Shown: piece after piece, positions 30,206 through 39,689 of the stretch
Numbering within the stretch: position 1 is the stretch's first letter
Layout: every line of letters starts with the position of its first letter
NCBI GenBank assembly: GCA_963715195.1
Contig: CAVQRT010000002.1
Coordinates: forward strand, 1 to 64,000
Reading direction: 5' to 3'
Origin: Thermodesulfovibrionales bacterium
GTDB taxonomy: Bacteria; Nitrospirota; Thermodesulfovibrionia; Thermodesulfovibrionales; SM23-35
Length of the DNA stretch: 64,000 bases
The notes under the pieces: generated by a model
What the model saw: the letters and a program-made list of their open reading frames with translations, nothing else
What the model was told of the DNA's origin: nothing
Databases searched by the model: none
Made by a program: the position numbers and the translations under genes

Positions 30206-30861
30206 TACGGATTCTGTCTGAAGATGGTTACATCCTTCGGCAAAGCAGGATCAAAGAATGCATCCTCCAGCCCTGTATTGATTTTGACGTCCACAAGATC
30301 CATCACGATTCTGTTCGAATACGAATCGATGACAGTAAATGACCTGATCGGAAATACACCATCTGAGAGTTCTACTTCGACAGAGAGGACCCCACCCATC
30401 GATTTCTTTGGTTTGAGATATAGTTTCCCCTCCTTATCTGAAACGGCAAACTCATCCTGAATCCTGCCAAATCCTCCCAGAAGGGCTATGGGGACCTGAC
30501 CATAGGTCTCTCTGTCAAACCGTCCCTTGAATGCCTGTTTTTCCTTTTTCTGGTAGATGGTAATCTCGTCATTGTTGATCACGACATCCTGTGGATTATC
30601 TCCTTCATAGCTCCACATCATCTTCATTGGTCTCTTGATATAAAAATACCCCTTGTATTTCTCTGTCTTGTTCAGATCCTTTATAAAGCTCTTCTGCATA
30701 AAACTCCCCTTGATATCCCTGATATTCTCGTATGCCTTCTGAATTCTGATGATCTCCTCATCAACAGAAACAGCGGAGGCAGGATACAAAAAGGGACCAA
30801 AAATAAAGAGGGCAAAAGACAGTATGAGAAAAAGAATTAAATTATTGTGTAATCGATTCAT
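30205..30861 (-). CDS. lolA: Outer-membrane lipoprotein carrier LolA
   Basis: Signal peptide, G.FYIKRP.KM.W.Y, P+ALL, INTGLED..F. GGAG RBS before MNRL. Confidence 0.85.
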   Translation of the reverse strand: MNRLHNNLILFLILSFALFIFGPFLYPASAVSVDEEIIRIQKAYENIRDIKGSFMQKSFIKDLNKTEKYKGYFYIKRPMKMMWSYEGDNPQDVVINNDEITIYQKKEKQAFKGRFDRETYGQVPIALLGGFGRIQDEFAVSDKEGKLYLKPKKSMGGVLSVEVELSDGVFPIRSFTVIDSYSNRIVMDLVDVKINTGLEDAFFDPALPKDVTIFRQNP

Positions 30862-30992
30862 TGTGAAGACTCCTATATCAGTTAGTATGTTTAATTTTAG
30901 AATACCACACGGCAAAATTTCATCCAAAAACTAATATACATTTACAGGATTCATTTCTTGCTAAAATACTGCAGACTGTTTAAAGTTTTTCT

Positions 30993-31802
30993 ATGAGTAA
31001 TTCATGGCGTATTATCGACACAGGACCATGCACTGCATCCTTAAATATGGCCCTCGATGAGGCGATTGCCACGTCTGTCAGACAGGGGGTTTCGCCTCCG
31101 ACGCTACGAATCTATGGCTGGCGTCAACATGCAGTGAGCATCGGCTATTTTCAGAGTTCAGAAGATCTCGATATCGGGTATTGCCGCAAAAATAGCATCC
31201 ATATCGTGCGGAGACCAACCGGCGGACGTGCCGTCTTTCACAATGATGAACTCACCTACAGCTTCTCGGTGCAAACAAAAACCGGCATATTTTCCCGTGG
31301 ACTATTCGACAGCTATAAAAAAATAAGCTCCGCATTGGCGCTGGCATTGTCAAAAGCAGGGCTCTCCCCTCAAAGCATGAAACGGAAACCAGGCCTTAAA
31401 TCAAAAGCTCAAAGCGCAAAATTTTCGAATCCTCTTTGTTTCCGGTCGGTTTCATTTGGAGAGATTTCCGTCGACAATATCAAAGTAATCGGCTCGGCAC
31501 AGAAACGCTGGGCAGACGGATTACTCCAGCAGGGTTCTATCCCCTTTACCGTCGATGAAGACAGGGGCATGAAACTTTTTCAGCGCAACAATGTTCACTT
31601 CAGAAAAGCCCCTTTGATCGGACTGAAGCAGATAGCCCCGTCACTGTCGTATGATGCGTTGAAGAACACAATACGGACTGCTTTCGAAGAGACTTTTCAG
31701 ATACAGCTCATCAGTTCCGTGCCTTCACAGGAGGAACTCTCACTTGCACATACCCTTGATGCACAGAAATATCTCGATGATGCCTGGACATTCAGGAAAT
31801 AA
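30993..31802 (+). CDS. Lipoate-protein ligase A/LipM-family protein
   Basis: NMALDEA, RRPTGGRAVFH, KVIGSAQ, LLQQGS. Confidence 0.9.
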   Translation: MSNSWRIIDTGPCTASLNMALDEAIATSVRQGVSPPTLRIYGWRQHAVSIGYFQSSEDLDIGYCRKNSIHIVRRPTGGRAVFHNDELTYSFSVQTKTGIFSRGLFDSYKKISSALALALSKAGLSPQSMKRKPGLKSKAQSAKFSNPLCFRSVSFGEISVDNIKVIGSAQKRWADGLLQQGSIPFTVDEDRGMKLFQRNNVHFRKAPLIGLKQIAPSLSYDALKNTIRTAFEETFQIQLISSVPSQEELSLAHTLDAQKYLDDAWTFRK

Positions 31803-32015
31803 AGCAAATACTTGTTTAAACGATGAAGGGGATAGAATTTGAGCGGATTTTTTTGATGATATTCGTTAATAAATCATTTAACAGTAAAGAGGCAAAAACC
31901 TCGGAGGTCGCGGTCCTGAAAATATTCGGGACCGGGACCGAGAATGAGCGAAAATACTATTCCCTTCATCGATTCTTTGGATCATGACCTTTAACCGCAG
32001 TGGTATAATCAATTC

Positions 32016-32909
32016 ATGTACGTCTATGTAAACGGTGAGATTCTCCATGCAAAAGAGGCGGTAATCTCGGTCTTCGACCACGGTTTCCTTTACGGTGACG
32101 GCATATACGAGACATTACGGGTATATGACGGTGTTGTCTTCAAGCTTGATGAACATCTCACACGGCTTTTCCGTTCTGCCTCCCTGATCGGCCTTTCGAT
32201 TCCCCCTGATATCAACCACCTGAAAATCGCCATGTACGAAACACTGATTGCCAACGCACTCAGGAATGCTTATGCACGAATAACTGTCTCCCGGGGAAAA
32301 GGTTCCATCGGCCTTGATCCCGACCTCTGCCCTGAGCCGACAATCGTCATCTTTGCGCAGGATTTCACAGAATACCCGAAGGAATTCTACAAGAATGGCC
32401 TGCACCTGATTATTCCCGAAACCAGGAGAAACTATAAAAAGGCGATTAATCCTCAAATTAAGTCACTAAATTTTCTCAATAATATTCTCGCGAAGATTGA
32501 GGCAAAGAGGGAAAAAGCTCACGAGGCCGTCATGCTGAATGTAAACGGCTATCTTACTGAAGGCACGATCAGCAATATCTTCTTCTACAAGGACACGAAA
32601 CTCTGCACCCCGTCACGTGATTGCGGAATCCTCGACGGGATAACGAGAGGTATGATTATCGACCTTTCCCGGAGAGAGGGCATTCAGGTGCGTGAAGGAC
32701 GCTTCACGAAGAAAGATATCTATTCCGCCGGAGAAGTCTTCATAACGAATACGACCATGGAGATTATGCCGGTATCAAAGGTTGACACTCAGCATTTTGC
32801 TGTAGGGGATATTGCGAAATTGCTGCGCGCACTCTATCAGCAGGAAGTGAAAGCCTATCTTGCGGAAGTAAAAGCAAAAGGTCCTTCCCTCTGGGCTGAA
32901 AATGAGTAG
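32016..32909 (+). CDS. ilvE: Class IV aminotransferase (branched-chain amino acid aminotransferase)
   Basis: DHGFLYGDGIYET, KSLN, EGTISN, LDGITR. Confidence 0.85.
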   Translation: MYVYVNGEILHAKEAVISVFDHGFLYGDGIYETLRVYDGVVFKLDEHLTRLFRSASLIGLSIPPDINHLKIAMYETLIANALRNAYARITVSRGKGSIGLDPDLCPEPTIVIFAQDFTEYPKEFYKNGLHLIIPETRRNYKKAINPQIKSLNFLNNILAKIEAKREKAHEAVMLNVNGYLTEGTISNIFFYKDTKLCTPSRDCGILDGITRGMIIDLSRREGIQVREGRFTKKDIYSAGEVFITNTTMEIMPVSKVDTQHFAVGDIAKLLRALYQQEVKAYLAEVKAKGPSLWAENE

Positions 32910-32950
32910 AGTCTGCTTATGCAATTAGTCAGTTAACGACATAAATTATA

Positions 32951-33025
32951 AAATCCCTCCTAACCTCCCTTTACCAAAGGGAGGAATAATCCCCTCTTTG
33001 GTAAAGAGGGGTGAGGGGAGATTTT
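32951..33025. repeat. Double-hairpin palindromic intergenic repeat
   Basis: Hairpins CCTCCCTTT-ACC-AAAGGGAGG and CCCCTCTTT-GGT-AAAGAGGGG enclosed by AAATCCCTCC/GGGGAGATTT. Confidence 0.7.
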
Positions 33026-33087
33026 TTGATCAATAGCGATTCATATTTAAGACATCAATAACTTCAAACCGATGCGGAAGCCCAGAA

Positions 33088-34302
33088 TTACAAATGCCTC
33101 TCGATGCGTGTTTTCTGCTCAATAATTTCATACATGAATTTCTCAGGATTTCTTCCAAAACACGTGCCAAGGCTCTCAAATATGGCAATCTCACTGATGT
33201 TCACTTCTCTCCGCTTTATGACTTCAGCAGTTGACTGGTAGTAAATTCTGTTGCCGTCAACATTCACAACCGTGTTCCCGGTTTTCCCTTCTAACAGGAG
33301 AAAGACCGCTGCAGCCCCTGCCTTGTAACCGAAATTCACGTCACGCGCAGAGGAATGACCTGAACGGACAAGATGGCCGGGTGTCACTTCCCGCACCTCC
33401 GGCGCCTCATACACGCCAGGGGCAAACATCCCTGTCTCCTGCATAAATTCCTTGACTGCCGGATCAGTCTTGAGCCGTTTTTCAAGCTGTTGCCGTACAT
33501 ATTTTCCTGACCCGGCAAGCTTTTTATGGCCAAAGGCGTCGGGTGGGATGGATTCATCGTACAGCATTTCACCATTGATGTTTCTGATTCCTTCTGCAAC
33601 GACAATGATATATGTTCCAGCCTTGACATCGCTCCGCTTAATGCGTGCAAAAAATGTGGTCTTCATATGCTCATAGAGAACGTCAAAATCAACCGGAATC
33701 TCAGGTATTAAGATGGCATCTGCCTCTGCACCGATTCCACCGCGAAAAGCGGTATGACCGACATACCTGCCAAACACCTCTATGACAAGAATCCTGTTGT
33801 GGCTCATGCCTGTTGTTTTGAGATCCCGGGCAAAAACAGCAATCCTGTTAATTGCGGAATCCCCGCCTACGCTGTAAGACTGGAGGTCAAGATCCATCGT
33901 CTTCGGAACATGAACGCAGGGGATACCCTGGGATGAGAGGTCGACCACAACACTTCCGGTATCATCACCCCCGCTTATTACAAGCGCGTCGATGTGAAAT
34001 TTTTTCAGTCCTTCCTTTATTCGTTCATATTTATGCGGATCTGCAATTTTGCTTATTTTTACGCGTGAATGCCCTGCTTCAGAGCCTGCCAGAGAGGCTT
34101 CTATCTTACTCACCCGCTCCGCGTTGAGAAATACCACTTCATTCATATTGGTCAGGTTATAAAGACCTGCATAGCCATGGGGGATAACAACTGATTCGAT
34201 ACCGAGGAAATATGCCTCTCTCGCTACTCCTTTAATGACCGCATTAAGACCCCCGCAATCTCCCCCGCTCGTTATAACGCCGATTCTCTTGATCGCTGGC
34301 AT
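33088..34302 (-). CDS. pfkA: 6-phosphofructokinase, probably pyrophosphate-dependent
   Basis: TSGGDCGGLN, GGDD, PKTMD, EVFGR. GAGGAGG RBS 7 nt before MPAIK. Confidence 0.88.
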   Translation of the reverse strand: MPAIKRIGVITSGGDCGGLNAVIKGVAREAYFLGIESVVIPHGYAGLYNLTNMNEVVFLNAERVSKIEASLAGSEAGHSRVKISKIADPHKYERIKEGLKKFHIDALVISGGDDTGSVVVDLSSQGIPCVHVPKTMDLDLQSYSVGGDSAINRIAVFARDLKTTGMSHNRILVIEVFGRYVGHTAFRGGIGAEADAILIPEIPVDFDVLYEHMKTTFFARIKRSDVKAGTYIIVVAEGIRNINGEMLYDESIPPDAFGHKKLAGSGKYVRQQLEKRLKTDPAVKEFMQETGMFAPGVYEAPEVREVTPGHLVRSGHSSARDVNFGYKAGAAAVFLLLEGKTGNTVVNVDGNRIYYQSTAEVIKRREVNISEIAIFESLGTCFGRNPEKFMYEIIEQKTRIERHL

Positions 34303-34613
34303 ATCCATACCTCCTCGTATAGGTTTTATCCGATGTAACAATGCATCATGACGAATAATTGCTGATATTCTATCGATTTCATAGACTCCTTGCAATGTGC
34401 CCGAAAAAAGAAACATAAAATATTTGCATTTTTCTTTTTTTTTCTGTTATTATCACTTCCTAACAAAGCCTCATGTATTGGCAGCAGGTGCAGAATAACT
34501 CTCTCCCTTCCCAATACAGAGGCTCTTTTATACTGAATTTGGTTTTCTATGCAATCGAAATGTATTTGTCATAGAATCTATACCACTCCCCCCTATGCTG
34601 CCCGAAAACCTGT

Positions 34614-36536
34614 ATGCCTTCAGCAAAAACCCGTATGATTATCGAAGAAGTCATAGATTTCCTCAAAAAAATTCCCCCCTTCCAGTTCTTTGATGAAGCA
34701 AGCCTTAAAAACATTACGAGTGAAATATCTATGGATTTTTATCCGAAAGGAACAACTATCCAGTATCAGGGGGGGCCGGCTTCAGAGTATCTCCATATTA
34801 TCAAGAAAGGAGAAGTAAGGGTCTTCATAAAGAACGAAACTGACGAGGTGTTCGTTGATTACAGGGGAGAAGGTGATTTAATCGGCTATCTCCTTGTATT
34901 CGGTGGTGACAAAGCGAGGGCAACCGTCACTGCCATAGATGATACCATCTGCTATCTGATCAGAAGAGAGACAATACAGAATATTCTGAACGCCAATCCC
35001 AGCGTCAGGGAATTTTTTCATAAATCCTTTCTGACAAGATATCTTGACAGAACATTTAAGGAAATACAGAACAAGAATATAGCCTACGGAGGGGGCGATA
35101 AAATCCTCTTTACCATGCGCGTGGGAGAAATAGGATCGAAGGATGTGATAAAGGCATCAGAAAATATCACCATCCAGGAAGCTGCCGAGATTATGTCTAA
35201 TTACAGCATCAGCTCTCTAATCCTCGTTGATGCCCAGGACTTACCTTCCGGGATTATTACAGACAGAGACCTCAGGGACAAGGTTGTTTCAAAAGGAAGA
35301 GATTGTAACATTCCAGTAAAAGACATCATGAGCGTCCCTCGTGTCCGGGCAGATGTGAAGGATTATTGTTTCGAAGCAATCCTAAAGATGGTAAAACACA
35401 ACGTACATCATCTGCTCATCATGAAGGATGAAAAGTTAAAAGGAATCCTGACGAACCATGACCTTATGATGATTCAAGGCACTTCTCCCTTATCGATTGT
35501 TAGGGATATCGAAAGCCAGAATGTTATAGCCACACTGGTTCCTGTTTCTAAAAAAATTAATGATATGGTCGGGTTATTACTCAGTCAAGGTGCGAAAGCG
35601 AGCAGCATTACCCACATCATCAGTGAAATAAATGACAGACTTATAAGAAAAATACTCATGATAGCGGAAGAGCGCTTTGGAAAACCGCCAGTTCCTTATT
35701 GCTGGGTTGTTTTCGGGAGCGAGGGCCGTAAAGAGCAAACCTTTAAAACAGACCAGGATAACGCGCTCATTTATCATGATCCGACGGATCCTGAAATGGA
35801 AGAAGCGGCAAACAAATATTTCAGGGATTTCACGCTGTTTGCCCGAGATGGTTTGTTGAAATGCGGGTTCCCGTTATGCCCCGCAGATTTCATGGCGACG
35901 AATCCTATGTGGTGTCAACCTCTCCATATCTGGAGGAGTTATTTCACAAACTGGGTCTCTTCTCCGACCTCTGAAGCAGTATTGAACGCTGTCATATTCT
36001 CTGATCTCAGGGCAATCCATGGTGAAACGCGCCTTCTGGAATGGCTCAAAGATCACGCAATCGCCTTGCTCAGCGATAACCAGGTCTTCCTCGGTTATAT
36101 TGCCAACATGGCTATAAGAAATGTGCCCCCAATCGGCTTTCTGAAGACGCTCGTGGTCGAAAAGGGTGGCGAATACAAAGACCGGCTGGATCTCAAAACA
36201 AAGGGAATTGTTCCTTTGATTGACATCATTCGGCTTTTTGCATTAGAAAAAGGCTTCAGGGAGACTTCAACAGTCGAAAGAATCAACGCTCTGAAAGATA
36301 ACCATTCTATCGTCAGAGAATATGCGGATGAGCTTTTACACTCCTTCGAATTTATCATGTTACTAAAAATTCAAACTCAGTTTGAGCAATTGAGAGAAGG
36401 ACAGGATATCAACAATTTCATCCATTCTCATAAACTGAGCAATCTTGAAAAAAGGATAGCGAAAGAAACTTTTCAACTCATAGCTAAAATTCAGGACCTC
36501 ATCATTGAACAATATGATATCAGGCGTAATGACTAA
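34614..36536 (+). CDS. cNMP-CBS-CBS-DUF294 putative nucleotidyltransferase (copy 1)
   Basis: cNMP-like N-terminus, CBS GIITDRDL, GSEGRKEQ..TDQDN NTase motif, DUF294_C region. Confidence 0.9.
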   Translation: MPSAKTRMIIEEVIDFLKKIPPFQFFDEASLKNITSEISMDFYPKGTTIQYQGGPASEYLHIIKKGEVRVFIKNETDEVFVDYRGEGDLIGYLLVFGGDKARATVTAIDDTICYLIRRETIQNILNANPSVREFFHKSFLTRYLDRTFKEIQNKNIAYGGGDKILFTMRVGEIGSKDVIKASENITIQEAAEIMSNYSISSLILVDAQDLPSGIITDRDLRDKVVSKGRDCNIPVKDIMSVPRVRADVKDYCFEAILKMVKHNVHHLLIMKDEKLKGILTNHDLMMIQGTSPLSIVRDIESQNVIATLVPVSKKINDMVGLLLSQGAKASSITHIISEINDRLIRKILMIAEERFGKPPVPYCWVVFGSEGRKEQTFKTDQDNALIYHDPTDPEMEEAANKYFRDFTLFARDGLLKCGFPLCPADFMATNPMWCQPLHIWRSYFTNWVSSPTSEAVLNAVIFSDLRAIHGETRLLEWLKDHAIALLSDNQVFLGYIANMAIRNVPPIGFLKTLVVEKGGEYKDRLDLKTKGIVPLIDIIRLFALEKGFRETSTVERINALKDNHSIVREYADELLHSFEFIMLLKIQTQFEQLREGQDINNFIHSHKLSNLEKRIAKETFQLIAKIQDLIIEQYDIRRND

Positions 36537-36623
36537 TTGCATGAGCAGGTTCGGGACCTTTTTTTGATACATTATGTGTATTATTGAAAACAATGATTCA
36601 TCTGAGGAGAGGGCACTAATACC

Positions 36624-38537
36624 TTGGTAGCGGAAGACACCATTAGATTTCTCAGGAAAATACCCCCTTTTCAGTTCCTTGATGACAGTATTCTCCAGCG
36701 TGTAAGCAGGAACGCAAGAAAAACTGTCTATCCAAAGGATACCATTATTCTCCAGCAGGATGGACAGCCAAGTGAATACCTCCGCGTGATCAGGAAAGGC
36801 GGAGTAAAAGTATACAGGACCACTGAAACCGGAGAGGAAATCGTCATTGACTTTCGGGGCGAGGGGGATACATTCGGTTTTCTCTCCCTTATTGGCAAAG
36901 ATAAGGCAAAAGCAAATATTATTGCCACAGAGGATACTGTCTGTTACCTCTTGGATAAAGAAACGGTTAAAAGCCTTATCGAGACAAGTTCGATTTTTAC
37001 TGAATATTTCCTGAAATCTCATCTCGCAAAATACATTGACAAGTCATTCGGTGGAAAAGAGAATAAATCTCTTCTTTTTGGATCCGCTGACAGCATTCTA
37101 TTCAAGACTCGTGTGGATGATATCGGGCTGAAGGACATCATCACAGTAGAGGAGTTCAGGACAATAAAGGAGTCTGCAAAGATTATGTCTCAGAATAAGA
37201 TCAGCTCCCTGATCATCATAAACGGTGAACAACAGCCTTCAGGAATCGTTACCGACAGAGACCTGAGGGAAAAAGTCGTTGCTGCCGGCAGGGATGTGTC
37301 AGAACCGATACGTAATATCATGACCAGTCCACTCATACGGGTTGATACCTCAGATTTCTGTTTCGAGGCGGTCATGAAAATGATCAAAAATAATATCCAC
37401 CATATTGTTGTGATGGAAAAAGGGTTTCTGAAGGGCATCCTCACAAATCACGACATTCATGGTTCTACAGGGCACCTCCCCGTTATCTGTTGTCAGGGAT
37501 ATTGAAGCGCAGAATACCATTGAAGGGCTCATCCCGGAGTCCGGGAATATCAATAAAATTATTGCTCTCCTTTTGAAGGAGGGGGCAAAAGCGAGCAACA
37601 TCACCGGTATCATCACAGAAATCAACGACAGGCTCCTCAAAAAAATTCTCGCAATTTCAGAGAATAAATTCGGACCCCCTCCCGTTCCGTATTGCTGGAT
37701 TGTATTCGGCAGTGAAGGCAGAAAAGAACAGACGTATAGAACAGACCAGGATAATGCCATCATTTACATCTGATCCGGTCACAGAAGACCAAAAAGAAGC
37801 TGCGAGGGAGTACTTTCATAAATTTTCAGAATTCGCCAGGGATGCCTTGTTGCAATGCGGGTTCCCTTTATGTCATGGAAATTACATGGCATCTAATCCA
37901 ACATGGCGACAGCCGCTGAACGTCTGGAAGGACTATTTTTCTCAATGGATATCCACTCCGACACCCGATGCGGTACTCGCTTCCTGCATCCTTTTTGACT
38001 TCAGGCCGGTATATGGGGATTCCTACCCTTGCTGAGCATCTCAGAGAACACCTTCAGACCAAGTTGAAAAATCAGGATATGTTCCTAAAACTCATGGCCC
38101 AGCTTACCATAAATCTACGCCCGCCCATAGGTTTGTTCAAGGGTTTTATTGTGGAAAAAACCGGGAAACACAAAAACAAGCTTAACCTCAAATTCACCTG
38201 TCTTGCTCCTCTCGTCAATATCGTGCGACTTTTCAGTCTCGAAACCTATATCCCTGAGACATCTACACTCGACAGACTCCACGCGTTGAAAGCAATACAC
38301 GCGATTGTTGGGGAATTCGGTGAGGAACTGGAGCATGCTTTTGAGTTTCTTACCATGCTTAAAATCCGTCATCAGCATGAACAGATACAACAGGGACAAG
38401 AACCGGATAACTTCATTAACCCGAAAGCCTTGAGCAATTTCGAACAGAAGGTATTCAAGGAATCCTGTCAGGCAATCTTTAAAATACAGGACATGATCAA
38501 TAAAAAGTATAATCCGGGAACAGGATCGATCTTATAA
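36624..38537 (+). CDS. cNMP-CBS-CBS-DUF294 putative nucleotidyltransferase (copy 2), interrupted by three +1 frameshifts
   Basis: Colinear paralog of copy 1 across four ORF pieces. Extra bases near 37457, 37768 and 38021. GSEGRKEQ..TDQDN is intact. Confidence 0.85.
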
Positions 38538-38538
38538 A

Positions 38539-39273
38539 ATGAGCAAACTCTTCACAGATTACAGAAATAAATTCTTTCAGGGTGCGATGAAGAAACAGGA
38601 TTTACCCCCTTCTGTCCTGAAGCATCTGTCAGTTACTGAACATATCAGGAGAGACGTCGACCCACGAGAGGCAGTCTACGTCGTATTTGATACAGAGCTT
38701 ACCGGTCTGAATCCCAAAAAAGATTCAATTGTTTCCATCGGAGCCCTGAAAGTATTCGGAACAAAAATCGATATCGGCAATCCATATTACAGAATTGTTG
38801 AACCGCAGTCCAAGCTGACCGGTCAGAGCGTTGTCATTCATGGCATCACACCATCAGAGGCTTCAGAATGTCCCAAAATTGATAAACTCCTCCCTGAGTT
38901 CCTGGACTTTTGTGGAAGCGGAATTATCGTTGGTCATTTTGTATCTATTGATCTCGCCTTTCTCAATAAAGAGATGACAAGGCTGTTCGGGTTGACGCTT
39001 CAGAATCCTTCTGTTGACACATGCGTGCTCTATCAATGGGTGAGAAAACGGGAAGAAAATATCTGTGCCTTCCACGATGGCATTAAGGAAAATGTTGATT
39101 TAATGACCCTTGCGCAGAAATATTCCATACCGGTTTTTGACGCACACAATGCCCTGAATGATGCCTTTATCACTGCGCAGCTGCTTCAACGGCTCATCGC
39201 AAACCTTCATCGCTTCAATATCAACACTGTCGAGGACCTCCTCAGAATTGGGAAGCCTCGCAAGAAAAAATAG
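38539..39273 (+). CDS. DEDDh 3'-5' exonuclease (DnaQ-like)
   Basis: FDTELTG, GHFVSIDL, HNALNDA. Confidence 0.92.
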   Translation: MSKLFTDYRNKFFQGAMKKQDLPPSVLKHLSVTEHIRRDVDPREAVYVVFDTELTGLNPKKDSIVSIGALKVFGTKIDIGNPYYRIVEPQSKLTGQSVVIHGITPSEASECPKIDKLLPEFLDFCGSGIIVGHFVSIDLAFLNKEMTRLFGLTLQNPSVDTCVLYQWVRKREENICAFHDGIKENVDLMTLAQKYSIPVFDAHNALNDAFITAQLLQRLIANLHRFNINTVEDLLRIGKPRKKK

Positions 39274-39355
39274 GGAAAAGGAGGTGGTAGGATAAGGGAA
39301 AAACAGGGGAACGCGTCCTCTTTGAGGATGCTGATCTTTTTCGGAGGAGGCATAT

Positions 39356-39616
39356 ATGGTAGCAAAAGAAACATATGAGGCTTACTGGAAACAGAATCTG
39401 ACCTACATTGTGATTCTTCTTTCCATTTGGTTTGCCGTATCATATCTATGCGGGATCATGCTGGCTGACCAGCTCGATAACATCAGATTTTTCGGATTTC
39501 CGCTCGGTTTCTGGTTTGCAAACCAGGGGTCTGAGGTAACATTTGTGATCCTCATCGCAGTATATGTGAAGTTAATGAATGCACTCGATATCAAATACGA
39601 CGTCCATGAAAAATGA
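39356..39616 (+). CDS. DUF4212 small membrane subunit of a solute symporter
   Basis: YW..NL, GFPLGFWFANQGS, two TM helices, immediately upstream of the SSS gene. Confidence 0.88.
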   Translation: MVAKETYEAYWKQNLTYIVILLSIWFAVSYLCGIMLADQLDNIRFFGFPLGFWFANQGSEVTFVILIAVYVKLMNALDIKYDVHEK

Positions 39617-39689
39617 GCAGGTAAGCAGGACTGAGTGATCCGCTGATGCAGATACGGATCATAATCTTAATGATTGAAAGGAGAAAAAC

